A stretch of DNA of 64,000 nt from Mayamaea pseudoterrestris (taxonomy: Eukaryota): assembly GCA_027923505.1 (NCBI GenBank), contig BROI01000008.1, forward strand, positions 496,001-560,000, written 5' to 3'. The notes under the pieces were generated by a model that did not search any database, had not been told where the DNA came from, and saw only the letters and a list, made by a program, of their open reading frames with translations. Position 1 is the first letter of the stretch, and each line of letters starts with the position of its first letter. The position numbers and the translations under genes are program-made. Positions 21,788 to 33,200 of the stretch are shown piece after piece.

Positions 21788-23618
21788 CGGTCTGACTCGA
21801 GTCAGATCGGTCCCTTCCCCCTGCCGCAATGTGAAAATTCCGGCGCGCAGAACACGTTTTAGGTACATGATCTACACAAAATTTCTACATGGACACGGAT
21901 TCTCGGGACTCGATAACGGTCAACGGATTACATCGGCATTGGACAAAGTACGACGCGCCGGTATTCCCGCAAGGAACGACCCGACAGGTGCTACACACTA
22001 ACTGGGCATTATTGCATACTAGCTAACAAGCAGGCTTCTAAGCATATAAAATACCATGTTAGGCAGCTCAAGGGGCATGCCATTTAATCGTGCCTACCTT
22101 CAAATGCATGAAGTATGGTTCAACTTCTTGTCACCAGCTTGGCATCCTCTGAGGCTCCCAGTCTGTCTTTATCAATGACCAAGCAGCTTGCCGTCAAGTG
22201 TGCCATCATGTGATGCAAGCGGCAAGCCCAGTGACTCACCTAGCGCAGGACCCAGTCTCTTTCTCAGTGCAGCACCAAGCTTGTCACATTCTGTAGCTCC
22301 CAGTTGATCTCCCAGCACTCACCCTGCAGCCTACCGTCAAAGGGCCGAGCCCAGAGTGTCACCTAGCGCAGGACCCAGCATCCATCCTAGTGCAGCACCA
22401 ATGTTATCCCACTCTGCAGCTTCCAGTTTGTCTTCCAACACTTTCGCTGGAGAAGCTTGCCAACAGTTGTGCCATTCAGTGACCCAAGCGCCAAGCCCAT
22501 TGGGCCCAGCAGTCACCCCAGCAGCTTGCTAGGGCTTGCCGCTTGGATCATATGATGGCACACTTGATGGCAAGCTGCTGGGTATAGTGCCTGGAGACAA
22601 ACCGAGAACCACAGATGGTGACAAACTTGAAGCTGCACTGGGAAGGAGACTGGACATGCACTAGGTGAGTCACTGGGCTTGCCGCTTGGATCACATGATG
22701 GCACGTTTGATGGCAAGCTGCTGGGTTGGGCGCTGGGAGACCAACTGGGAGCTACAGAGGGTGAAAAGTTAGTGCTGCACTGGGGAAGAGACTGAGTCCT
22801 GCATTAGGTGAATCACCGGGCTAGGCGCTTGCATCACTTGATGGCACCTTTGATGGCAAGCTGCTGGGCTTTGCGCTTGGACCACTTGATGGCACACCTG
22901 ATGGCAAGCTGCTCGGTGTGGTGCTGGGAGACCAACTGGGAGCTACAGAAGGTGACAAGCTTGGTGCTGCACTGGAAAAGAGACTGGATTCTGCGCTAGG
23001 TGAGCCACTGGACTTGCCACTTTGATCACGGCACACTTGATGACAAGCTGCTGGGTTGAGTGCCTGGAGACAAACTGGGAGCTGACAAGCTTGAAGCTGC
23101 ACTGGGAAGGAGACTGGGTCCTGCAAAAGGCATCTCACTTGACTTGGTGCTTGAATCAGTTGATGGCAAGCTGCATGGTTTAGTGTTTGAAGAAAACTTA
23201 AGTGTGCCATGATCAAAGTGGCAAGCCCAGTGACTCACCTAGCGCAGAATCCAGTCTCTTTTCCAGTGCAAAACCAAGCTTGTCACCTTCTGTAGCTCCC
23301 CGTTACTCTCCCAGCACCATACCAAGCAGCTTGCCATCAGGTGTGCCATCATGTGATCCAAGTGGCTAGCCCAGTGATTCACCTAATGCAGGCCTCAGGC
23401 GCTTTCCCAGTGCAGCACCAACTTGTCACCCTCTGTAGCTCCCAGTTTATCTCCAAGCATTAAAATCTATGCAGTCTTTTGGAGCAAGCAGTCAGCATTT
23501 GTAATCAATACACTTCTACATACCAAATGAAGTAGTAAGCTTGCCACACATACGGGTATTGCATGTGCATATGGAAAGTGCCACGCAGTCAGGTCAGACC
23601 CCGGTCCCTCGGTGCAAT
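21788..23618. mobile_element. Copy B of the satellite-bearing dispersed element (left boundary tentative)
   Basis: Same 144-bp monomer and same right terminus as copy A; 22277-22497 is colinear with 927-1133. A 22-bp near-perfect palindrome at 21788-21809 shares the GTCAGA..GGTCCC motif with the right terminus. Confidence 0.6.
22127..23460. repeat. Tandem array B of the 144-bp monomer with an internal inversion (+ 22127-22529, - 22531-23198, + 23199-23460)
   Basis: Monomer words read forward (GCAGCTTGCC), then reverse (GATGGCAAGCTGCTGGG), then forward again. Confidence 0.93.
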
Positions 23619-23954
23619 ACTTCCCAGGCATCATAGCGACGGCTGGATTACTATTATCAAGCCCAATTTAGTATATATATGAGTACTGTTGTTATATCGG
23701 GACAGTCCCGTAATAGCTAATTCATCGTAGCGGTACACACACGTACGTCACTGACTACCACTGCGATGGATGTTGACACGCAGGTGGAACAATCGAGCAT
23801 CATACATCGACGGCACACAAGCGACATAAGTTCTTTGAGCAGGCCGCACGATCTACCGGTACCCATTGTGATCTCCTAGCTGCATTGACCGACAGCAGTG
23901 TAGTAGTATTTGGAAAAGCTTTGAGTGACCCAAATATTCGTTTCGCTTACAAAC

Positions 23955-25074
23955 ATGAGAAATTTCGTTGCCACTTGCTTACTCTTGGCCGCCGCTGGCT
24001 GCCAAACGACCTCTGCACTCGTCTTTCGGCAAAAGGCCGTCACCCGTACATTGCCTTGGGGTATCAGAGATCCATCAACAAGTAATGTCAAGCCGCGACA
24101 GGATGCCGCATATTCGATCATGCCTCGTACACGCCGTGGGACCGGCCGAGAATCGTTCCTCCCATCGCAATCTAGGCTTCATGTAGGGGCTGACTCATCT
24201 GATCGTAGCGAGCCCATTCGACTTATCATTGCTGGAGCACCTGCCAGTGGCAAAGGCACACAGTGCGAAAAGATCAAGAATCAGTATGGAGTCGTTCACC
24301 TTTCCACCGGAGACATGCTTCGAGAAGCAGTCGCGGCTGGTACAACCGTCGGGAAGAAGGCAAAAGGTTAGTAAGAATGCCGAGCAAAGTCATCATTGAT
24401 TACCGTAGATGTAATTGACTTGTTTTGGTAGTCTTGTTCGTCGAGCCAAATTGGACTTGATCTGACGTAGTATCTGCACTTTTTTGTTTGAAACAGAATA
24501 CATGGACAGTGGGCGATTGGTTCCGGACGAAGTAATCATTGGAGTGGTAAGCTACTAAAGTCCGGGTGTGATTTATGGTATACAACGATAGAGAGCTATT
24601 CTCACCACACGCTATTGTATCTCAAACTGTCAGATCAAAGACCGCCTTGAACAAGATGATTGCCAAACGCAAGGCTGGCTGCTAGACGGCTTTCCACGAA
24701 CACAGGCACAAGCCAAAGCTTTGGAAGAATGTGGAGCAGTTGCCGATTGCTTTATCTTTTTAAAGGTTCCCGATGAAATACTCGTCGAACGCGTGGTTGG
24801 CCGGCGGACCGACCCTGAAACTGGTGCCATTTACCACATGACATTTTCGCCCCCTGCCGATGACGTAGTCCTCACGCGATTAGTGCAGCGATCCGACGAC
24901 ACGGAGGAAAAGGTCAAGGTCCGGTTGGAACAGTTCCATGCCAACGTTGACGCCGTGTCGGCATCCTATGAAGAAATTTCCGTAACGATTGACGGAAACC
25001 AAGCGCCGGCGAAAGTAACCGAGGCAATTTTGGCGGCAGTTGAAATGAAGATTGTTAAGAAAGTAGCTGTGTAA
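23955..25074 (+). CDS. ADK: Adenylate kinase, probably plastid-targeted; exons 23955-24366, 24497-24546, 24634-25074
   Basis: Signal peptide plus transit-like region, then [36 protein letters not shown] and RSDDTEE. The introns splice in frame. Confidence 0.93.
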
Positions 25075-25191
25075 CGATATTGCAATCTAAGGAAACATAT
25101 AATTTTAACAATAACGTCTTGTATATGCGTGCTTGAACGAGTAAAGCTACATTGAACCATTTATATATGCGGCGGGCTCACATAAATTCAT

Positions 25192-25793
25192 CTACAACAT
25201 TCCGCTGCTCAGTTCCACAACCTCATCGAACGAGATTTTTGTTTCTTCACCCGCAAAGTCGTTATCTTCGGTGAGAAAGAGCATGCAGTGACATTCGTGA
25301 CGCTCTCGCATTGGCACGCAAGGACAGTTCCTAAAAGAAACGAGAGGTGGAGCGAGTTATAGAAAGACCTTACGTACCAAGAGGCATTTCACATGCGTTT
25401 CTGAACTCCAGCCACTATGGTAGTATATCTCGCAAGGTTTCGCTTTACATGTACATACCAATATCCGTCTTTGGCCTCGGCTTCCTTGTCGTCATAAAAG
25501 CGGCATGGGCAAAGAGGTGCTCCAAGAGTCACCTTGTGTTCCGCCAAACCCTTGATAACAACAGCAGGAACTGATTTATCGCTGCATAGTTTCGTGCTGG
25601 TATTTTCTAAATATTTGTTTGTAAAGGCCGTCATGGCCTTTGTCGCTTTCTGTAAGGCAATGGCTTGTTCCTCCGGTGTTTTCGTGGAATGCAACCACGA
25701 GGTGCGCGTCATCGTTGAAGGCGACAGTGGGAGAAAGGCAGATGCCTGTATGAGCAGAACTGTCGATAATATCAAAGTTGATTGTGTCTTCAT
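25192..25793 (-). CDS. FTRC: Ferredoxin-thioredoxin reductase catalytic subunit, plastid-targeted; exons 25793-25459 and 25330-25192
   Basis: ASAFLP bipartite cleavage motif, then GAPLCPCR...GYWNCPCVPMRERHECHCMLFL (CPC, CPC, CHC Fe-S and disulfide motifs). Confidence 0.95.
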
Positions 25794-26100
25794 GGTCGCT
25801 AGTCTTGGCGGATGCTGCGATGCTTCAGTCTGTAGTGATGTGCTGTGAACGACCGAAACAAACTCTTGACGCGCTGGGCGATGATGTTGTGATGATGCGG
25901 TGAGCGTGACATGTCTTTCCGGTTATCATTATACTCCGTTTCAGCAGGCAGGATTTCAAATTTCCGAACCCAACGCATGACGATGAAGGATTGATCGAGC
26001 ACCCAAGCCGATTTCACAGTATAACAACAGAGTCAGAGAAGTTCCGCATTGAGAGCATATAACCTTTTACAGTAGCAGTAAAGTTGTGACGCTGTGAAGA

Positions 26101-27318
26101 ATGGCATTAGATCCACGCCGCGCCTACAAGGTGGATCTGAGTGGCAAGAGAGCCAGAAGGCGGTATCCCAGTCGAGATCTACCAACAATTTTTAGCGGCG
26201 AAGCGTCATCATTGCATTCATCGGAATATGGCATTTTCTTTGGGGCATCGTCTTTGGGCGACGATGAAACTACCGAAGAAGGATCTGCATCATCGACAAC
26301 TGATGATCATTCAATAGAAACGGGCACGCGATCAGATTCTTATGATACGACGGAGGAATCATCACGAGACACGACATATGGCACAAATCCTTCGGCGTCC
26401 TCAGATGATTACACCTCCGGAAGTCCTTGGGCTTCAGGGACTGGATCGTCAGAGAATGATCAAGACTACGACGACAGGACTCTTTCGGAACCCTACGATA
26501 CATCACATTATACGTCCTACTCAACATCTGCTGCCGACACAGAGAGTCTGGATTTTAATGACAACGGCAGCACTGTCGTCGACACAATGAATGAGAACGA
26601 CGAGCTAGACTCAGTTCTAAATACTATTCTATCCGAAGTTCCACCCTCATTGACTAGAAGCGAGACGGGTACGCTAGAGGAAAATCCTATCGTCATTCAA
26701 ATTGAGGCTCCAGGAAACGTGCGTCGACGATCTTGCAGCGTGTCCGGCGCGCAGAATTTGCTTTCATTCGAAGACAACATTGACAAGTATGCCGCAGGCA
26801 TAACCCACGTAAAAACGATTGTGCGAGACGAGCCAAAGAGTCCGTCAGGCTCGATACGCTTGAAGCATGTAAATTACGGTCCAGGACTGGAAATCGCTTC
26901 GACTAGTCGCGATGTTTCCACCATCAAATTCTTGACAAAAAATGACACTTTGGACGCCTTTCATCAGCATGTGCCAAAGGTTCTAGCTTGCCTCGTTAAC
27001 GACTCACTACGAGATGACGTCTCGTCAATTGACAACCGATCGTTAAAGGACCGTATGAAGAGCAACAACAACCATAAACCAAACAAGTCACGACCGCGAG
27101 TGACCATGACAACGGCGGTGGTCGATGAAGAGCTCGGCCTTGAGTGCTCTTCCAATTACACGCTGAGACTTATGTCAGCCAGCCAGAGCAAAGAGCTTTG
27201 TTGCCAGTTCTGGGTCTGCGGAGGTCAAAGCGAGATGGAATTGTGTTTCTTCGCATTGATTACAATTTCACTCTTTACGCTGACCATTCTCATTGCCATA
27301 CTTGTGGCGCAAAACTAG
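26101..27318 (+). CDS. Hypothetical Ser/Thr/Asp-rich tail-anchored protein
   Basis: 405-aa ORF with a low-complexity N-half and a Cys cluster before a terminal hydrophobic helix (LCFFALITISLFTLTILIAILVA). Confidence 0.6.
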   Translation: MALDPRRAYKVDLSGKRARRRYPSRDLPTIFSGEASSLHSSEYGIFFGASSLGDDETTEEGSASSTTDDHSIETGTRSDSYDTTEESSRDTTYGTNPSASSDDYTSGSPWASGTGSSENDQDYDDRTLSEPYDTSHYTSYSTSAADTESLDFNDNGSTVVDTMNENDELDSVLNTILSEVPPSLTRSETGTLEENPIVIQIEAPGNVRRRSCSVSGAQNLLSFEDNIDKYAAGITHVKTIVRDEPKSPSGSIRLKHVNYGPGLEIASTSRDVSTIKFLTKNDTLDAFHQHVPKVLACLVNDSLRDDVSSIDNRSLKDRMKSNNNHKPNKSRPRVTMTTAVVDEELGLECSSNYTLRLMSASQSKELCCQFWVCGGQSEMELCFFALITISLFTLTILIAILVAQN

Positions 27319-27376
27319 GTACATGTGTTTGAGGCAGATGCATAATGACAAGGCAGCTAATATAAGGTTAATGTAA

Positions 27377-28381
27377 CTACTCTTCGGCAAATGACTTGTC
27401 AAACGGCGTTACTAAAAGATACGATCGTGCGTCAAATGACCGATTCAATGTTCCTCCAGGAAGCATCCACGACGGGGCTTGGTCGTTCTCGTATAGTCCA
27501 CCCACAATCTTTCGCTTTTGCTTCTTGCCGGACACGAAGTGAATTCTCTTCTTAGTTTTTGCTGCGAGAAAGGGAGCGAAAACCGTCCAGAGACACAAAA
27601 AGGTTCTTGGCGCATCAATTAAAAAGATCTGGTTCACGTGGCCAGAGTAATGATCGCGAAACGTCGTTAAAAACTCAATCCCAAGGTCCATTGGCGGACG
27701 ATTCTTAATGGCAAAGTTTTGAAAGTTAACAACGGCATTGACGCGCTTCTCGGGACATTTGGAGCAAGCAATGGCTCGTTCCAGAGTGTAGACATGCATG
27801 CGAATCGTCCATTCGAGCTCACTCTGAGAGTTGGTGACTCGACTGGGCACAAATACATAAGTACTCCGCCCTTGCTTGTCGTAGCCTTGCACATACACCA
27901 TTCCACTTGACAGATGTTCATAAAGAGGTTGAAAATCTTGCAGTACTCGTCCTTCCGTTACAGAAAAGGCGAGTCGCAAGTCGTCAATCTTCATGCTTTG
28001 TCGAAACGCCAAACTCAAACGGAGCGCCTCCTGTGTCCTTATTTTACAATGATCCTTGGAACGCAAGACACGTTGCACCGCGGCTTGAACTGATTTCTTC
28101 TTTAATGTAGCGTTATCTGTATCCAGCAAGTAGTCGTAGCTTGTCCGAGCCGCCGTCTCCAGTTCCTTTGAGCTTAGTGACTTGGTAATGTCGTCTATCT
28201 GGGCTTGCTCATCACTCAGTACAAGTCGAGCAGATAGCCGCCGCTGAACGTTAATGATAATTGAGTCGGCCCGCTGTCTCCACGACGATCGGCGGTTCTC
28301 TCGAGGTAGCATGTTACCATCGGGTGGAAAGGATCCAGTGTGGATCGATATTGCTCGGACAGAGCTTCGTTTCGAGGCCAT
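27377..28381 (-). CDS. CRAL-TRIO (Sec14-like) lipid-binding protein
   Basis: VYVQGYDKQGRSTY, YTLERA, FRDHYSG..NQIFLIDAP..F..LW....PFL..KTKKRIHFV, P.WM..GG. Confidence 0.88.
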   Translation of the reverse strand: MASKRSSVRAISIHTGSFPPDGNMLPRENRRSSWRQRADSIIINVQRRLSARLVLSDEQAQIDDITKSLSSKELETAARTSYDYLLDTDNATLKKKSVQAAVQRVLRSKDHCKIRTQEALRLSLAFRQSMKIDDLRLAFSVTEGRVLQDFQPLYEHLSSGMVYVQGYDKQGRSTYVFVPSRVTNSQSELEWTIRMHVYTLERAIACSKCPEKRVNAVVNFQNFAIKNRPPMDLGIEFLTTFRDHYSGHVNQIFLIDAPRTFLCLWTVFAPFLAAKTKKRIHFVSGKKQKRKIVGGLYENDQAPSWMLPGGTLNRSFDARSYLLVTPFDKSFAEE

Positions 28382-28757
28382 TTAGTACGAATAATGATTG
28401 AATCGTTTATGGTCTTCAAGGACTCTATTTCGTTATCGATGCTTATGCTCTACTTAAGTTCTCCTCATACACGCCTGTTGTAATGCATACTTGAACGATG
28501 TATACTGAAGGTTGGTGGACGAATCTTCGATCGTCGTTCATTTTTTTCTTCCGAGAGATCTCGCCATCTTCCATCGTGCCATTTTCAAAACCGCTTGGCA
28601 TCTTTTCATTAACGTCTAAACGTTACATTTAGTACTGGTGCGACTACGCAGAAGGAAACGGATGAAGCCGCGAGCCGCGACCATGACAATTCCTGGCCCC
28701 AACCGTATCATACGCGGCAATGCCTTGTTAATTGACTTGACACCAACACACACAGCA

Positions 28758-29816
28758 ATGAACTTGCGTCGGCTTGATGCTTTTAACAAGACCCGACCTG
28801 ATTTACAACAAAAGACGGCAGTTGGCGGAATCATAACAGTGCTAGCAGCATGTACAGCCGCGCTACTCTTCCTCGGACAACTATACGGCTACTTTAGCGG
28901 AGCAACGCACCATGCTCTTAAATTGAGTAGGAGTATCTCTATACCCTTGATTCCTGTGGATTATCACGTCGGATCGCAAGGGGGGAAGAATGCCAAAAAG
29001 TACAAGGCCAATCCACTCCTGCAGCATGTCATGGCCGAAGCTGGCAAGATTAATCTGAATGTCCATGTTTCGTTCCCTCATTTACAATGTGATCAATTGG
29101 ACGTCATTCACGATGGAGCTAGCTTGCTAAATGGAGAGCTGGAGAAAGTTCACGGCAAGCATGCCCTCACTAAGCGACCACCCTCGCGCTCCGAAATTCA
29201 AATAATGGGTCTTCCGAGCACTCACAAGGGCGGTTGCACACTTGAAGGACATTTACGACCATACATTGTCGCAGGCGTACTGCAAATAACCATATCAAGC
29301 AGGACATGGGCGGAAGCGACGAGCATGTTGACGCTCATGCGCATGACTGACGGAGACAAGATTGGCAAGGCACTCGAGCGATACAATGTTTCGCACTATA
29401 TTCATTCCATTGAGTTTGGGAGAACATACAGTGGCTCTGCTGCCAAGCCATTGATGAACCGCGCGCACATGATTGAGAATGATTATGGTGGCATTGCCGT
29501 GGAAAGCATAACTGTAAAGCTGGTACCAACCCTTTCGCATGGCTTTATAATGGATGAGACAACCTATCAAACATCAGTTGTGGAGCACACGATTCATCCA
29601 CAAACATTGGTCGCTCATGGAGTTCCTCATTTGCCAGGCCTGGTTCTTTCCTACGACTTTACACCGTTGACTGTTGATTTGGATGCTGATCGCGAAGGCT
29701 TTCTCATTTTTCTGAGCAATCTCATCAGCATTGTTGCCGGCGTCTTTGTCACTGTATCGCTGGTAACTGGATGTCTAGTGCAGTCGGCAGCGGTTGTCGC
29801 GAAGAAAATTGATTAG
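28758..29816 (+). CDS. ERGIC/Erv41-Erv46 family ER-Golgi transport protein
   Basis: LRRLDAF.K......KT..GGIIT TM, HVSFPHLQCDQL, GCTLEG, NVSHYIHSIEFG, PGLVLSYDFTPL, a second TM and C-terminal KKID retrieval signal. Confidence 0.9.
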   Translation: MNLRRLDAFNKTRPDLQQKTAVGGIITVLAACTAALLFLGQLYGYFSGATHHALKLSRSISIPLIPVDYHVGSQGGKNAKKYKANPLLQHVMAEAGKINLNVHVSFPHLQCDQLDVIHDGASLLNGELEKVHGKHALTKRPPSRSEIQIMGLPSTHKGGCTLEGHLRPYIVAGVLQITISSRTWAEATSMLTLMRMTDGDKIGKALERYNVSHYIHSIEFGRTYSGSAAKPLMNRAHMIENDYGGIAVESITVKLVPTLSHGFIMDETTYQTSVVEHTIHPQTLVAHGVPHLPGLVLSYDFTPLTVDLDADREGFLIFLSNLISIVAGVFVTVSLVTGCLVQSAAVVAKKID

Positions 29817-30293
29817 GCAAACGCATGAGAAGACTTGCATGGCTGAAGTAATGTCAGTGGCTTGGGACGAGTTCCGAAGGTTACGCCACTCTCAATAATC
29901 CTTTCAACTCACAAAAAAGGATGTATTGTAGTGCTTGCATGTATGTTAGTCGATACTTTGATCAGCAAAACTTTGAGGCTACCGTATTTTATATTCATAG
30001 CTACCGGTAGGTAATACAGTACAAGTGTGTAGGCTGAACCGCGATCTCTAAGTGTCTATGAACAGAAAGCGAATTCATTGGCGCTGGACTTCCGACCAAT
30101 CTCGACCGACGAGCTTTCGATCGATCACAAGGCCTTGAAACCATCGAATGACCTGCACGAACACGCCTTAACCGTCGCTTTTCGACTGGCAAGAGCTATT
30201 TAACATTATAAAGAGGCAAGCTCTTTAGTCTAGTGGTGGCGAGCATTTACAAGACTTTTTGTTGGCAGAAAACGTGGTCATGTACTAAAGATC

Positions 30294-33200
30294 ATGCTTC
30301 AAAGCTTCCTTCCAAGCTTCTACGCCGAGACGGACGACGATCAAAGTACCTCGGACACGAGTTCTGTCATTGAGCTCGACGATACAACTCAACACGCGAA
30401 CAACAATGAGCCGCTATGCTTGGAAGGGTACTTGTATTGCCGTAAAAAGCACCTCGGTTCATTTTCCTGGAAACGACGGTTCGTCGTTCTTTCCTTGGAG
30501 AACGATGGAGGATCCTTAACAGTATTCAGGCTTGCGCCAGAAGATGCTGCTGCGTTTGAAACGACGGCGACCACAGCACTCAGGAAAGTTTACAGTAGAC
30601 CAGCGAAAATGGCCAAGTCAATTCAACGCAAACTGTCAATCATGGGGGGCACGACTCACGTTCCAGGAACTGATTTACTTAGTTCAGAGGAACGACGAGC
30701 GATTGACGTTCAGTTTCCATCAAGTGTTGGTTGGGTTGCAAAGGATATTGTTCATGATGGGTCTACCTTTATGGTAGAAATTCCGAAGGACGGCAAGCAG
30801 TCAATGGTTGAGGCCGAAAATGACAATGGCTGCGGCGGCGATAATTATGATGGCTACGATGACGATGACAATGATGGTTCAGATGTGTCATCCTTAGAGA
30901 GCAATAGTGTATATGATCTGTCGACTATTGCGGAGAGTCTTCCGCAGCATTCTTCAAGCTCGAGAAATGATGATGTATGTTCAGGAACTCCTCGAACGGT
31001 CTTGATTGAATCGACACAGCCGGTTCGTATCTACTTCCGTTGTCAAAAGGGCAAGGGTAGCAATGAAAAAGCCCTATGGCTTCGCGCCTTTGACAGACTC
31101 GGCCGCTTAAGCTCGGACAAGTATCATAGTTTGCTTGGAACGATTGCGAACAAGTTGACGTATCACAAGAGTCGGAATCGAATACGAAGCAAAAGCAATC
31201 AATTGTTTGCGCGGCATGTGCGGCAGTTGGAGCTCGAAGATGACGACCAAGTGACGCATAGTGAGGTAGGAAATCTGGAGCAGCAAGCATCGCTTGAAGA
31301 CGTACAATTTGTTCATCACGATGTGGAGCAGATGGTGCATGGTTCGCGAGCGTCAAGCTCGAAGAACAAGGAGTATCGCGTGCATCCGCGTTACGCATAT
31401 CCGCATCGCTGGATGACCCGACAAGAAATGATGGAAGAAATGTCTCTCACGAGCGAGATATTTCATGATCTGCGTATGCCGTGCAACAAGCAAAAGGAGA
31501 TAGGATCTCTTAAAGTGGAAGTGTTGCAGTGTTTTGGTTTGCCGAAGCTCGACCGGACGGCCGACACGGATGGAATTGTGTATTTAGTGTGCGGGTCGTA
31601 CGCATTTGCGACGGATGTTATTCCAAACAATGCAAACCCCATGTGGTTGAGAAAATCGAAGCGAGCTTGCAATATCCCTTTGTTTCATGCCTTCGCTCGA
31701 TTGTACGTGGGCGTGTTTGACGATGATACGGGTCGCACAAAGGATGAGTTTGCAGGGCGGGTTGTTTTGGATTTAGCACGCCTTCGACCGGGCAGTACGT
31801 ATGATGTGACTTTGCCTTTGCGATTGTCAGCTCACGTCTATTCAAGGAGACGGCGAGGAGCTATTCGTCTGCGTTTGTCCTTGAGGTGGCATGCTGAGCG
31901 GGATGCGCTTATGTCTTACATTCCGCAGCGGATCCATATACCTCTGCCGCAAAACTCGAGGCCGAATACGGATGTTTCGGTACTTTGCTCGGACCCAAAG
32001 GCCTTTCGCAACATTGCCATTACCATTCATGGGGCTCATTTGCCGGGGAAATTTACTTTCCATCAGATGAGGGCAACGATCCGTGAGATTAATTACACGC
32101 GCAAGTACATTTTCACATTGTTACGGCTCTGGATTCGAGAAACGAGGCACTGGCACTTCCCTACTTTTTCTGCATTTGTTTTTCTATCTTGGATGCACTG
32201 CGTCTACGCAAACACATTTGCACTCGTTCCAGCGTACATTGTTTCGTATTTTTGTCTTGTGTTGACGAAGAATTACGTCAAATACAGCATTGATGGTCCT
32301 AACAACCGAGGTTTCATTCCTCCGGCATGGGAAGAACTTTTCATGGCTCTGATCAGGGGAGGTGATCCAAACTATCACGCAATTGAGTCGCTTGAGCTGG
32401 GCCTACAGGCCACTTCACTCAGTCATTGCCAAGCAATCGAAGAGCTCGGTGACGGCATAGTAAACGCCTCGAATTCATTGCGAAATACGCTGCTATCGAT
32501 TGACTATAAAGCCAAGACCCATGTACCACAAGGAAAGCTGCTCTTTCGTTTACTTGGGCTGCTGCAAGATTCCGACGACGCATTTATTTCGGCAGAGGAT
32601 AATCATCTTGAGTTTCCGTTCGCGGATGGTGATATCAAGCACTATCCACCGTTCACGGTGAAGGAAGCCCTAGTGGGCAGAAATGGCGCAGATCTAGAAG
32701 GCCGACAAGAATCCATAGATGAAGGCGCAAGTGCTATCGGCGATCGACGTGTTGAAACGAATGGGAAAGGTGAGATACGTTTGATTCCTCGGCTACCAAA
32801 ACGTCTGGAGATTGAGATTACGGATTTGATGAGGAAAGACAGTTCCGGTATGAATGATCGCGATGAAGAGGAAATCAAGTTTAATCCTCGTCGAGCCGTC
32901 TTAGCTTCGGGCAAGCATGTTATTGCGAGTGTATCAAGACCCACTAAGCGAACGGTAAAAGATATGACAGGAGCGGGCTTTTCCATCGCCAAGACGGCGG
33001 CCAAATCATCTTTACAGGCAGCAACAACTGTAGCTAAGACGGCGGGAGAGTTTGGAGAGATGACTGGGCTGCATCATGTCGTTACGCCTGTGACCTCTAC
33101 CATACAGACAGGCTATCAAGGAGTGAACACGCTTATTGGGCCAGTTGGTAGGTCCGGTCACAAACTATTACGAAGCAGCTTGAAGTGGGATGGGGGTGAT

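Noticed and set aside
21829..22001. Short open frame and CCGGCGCG/CGCGCCGG stem as a small gene or snRNA
   Set aside because: No recognisable snRNA or protein motif, and an 8-bp stem alone is insufficient.
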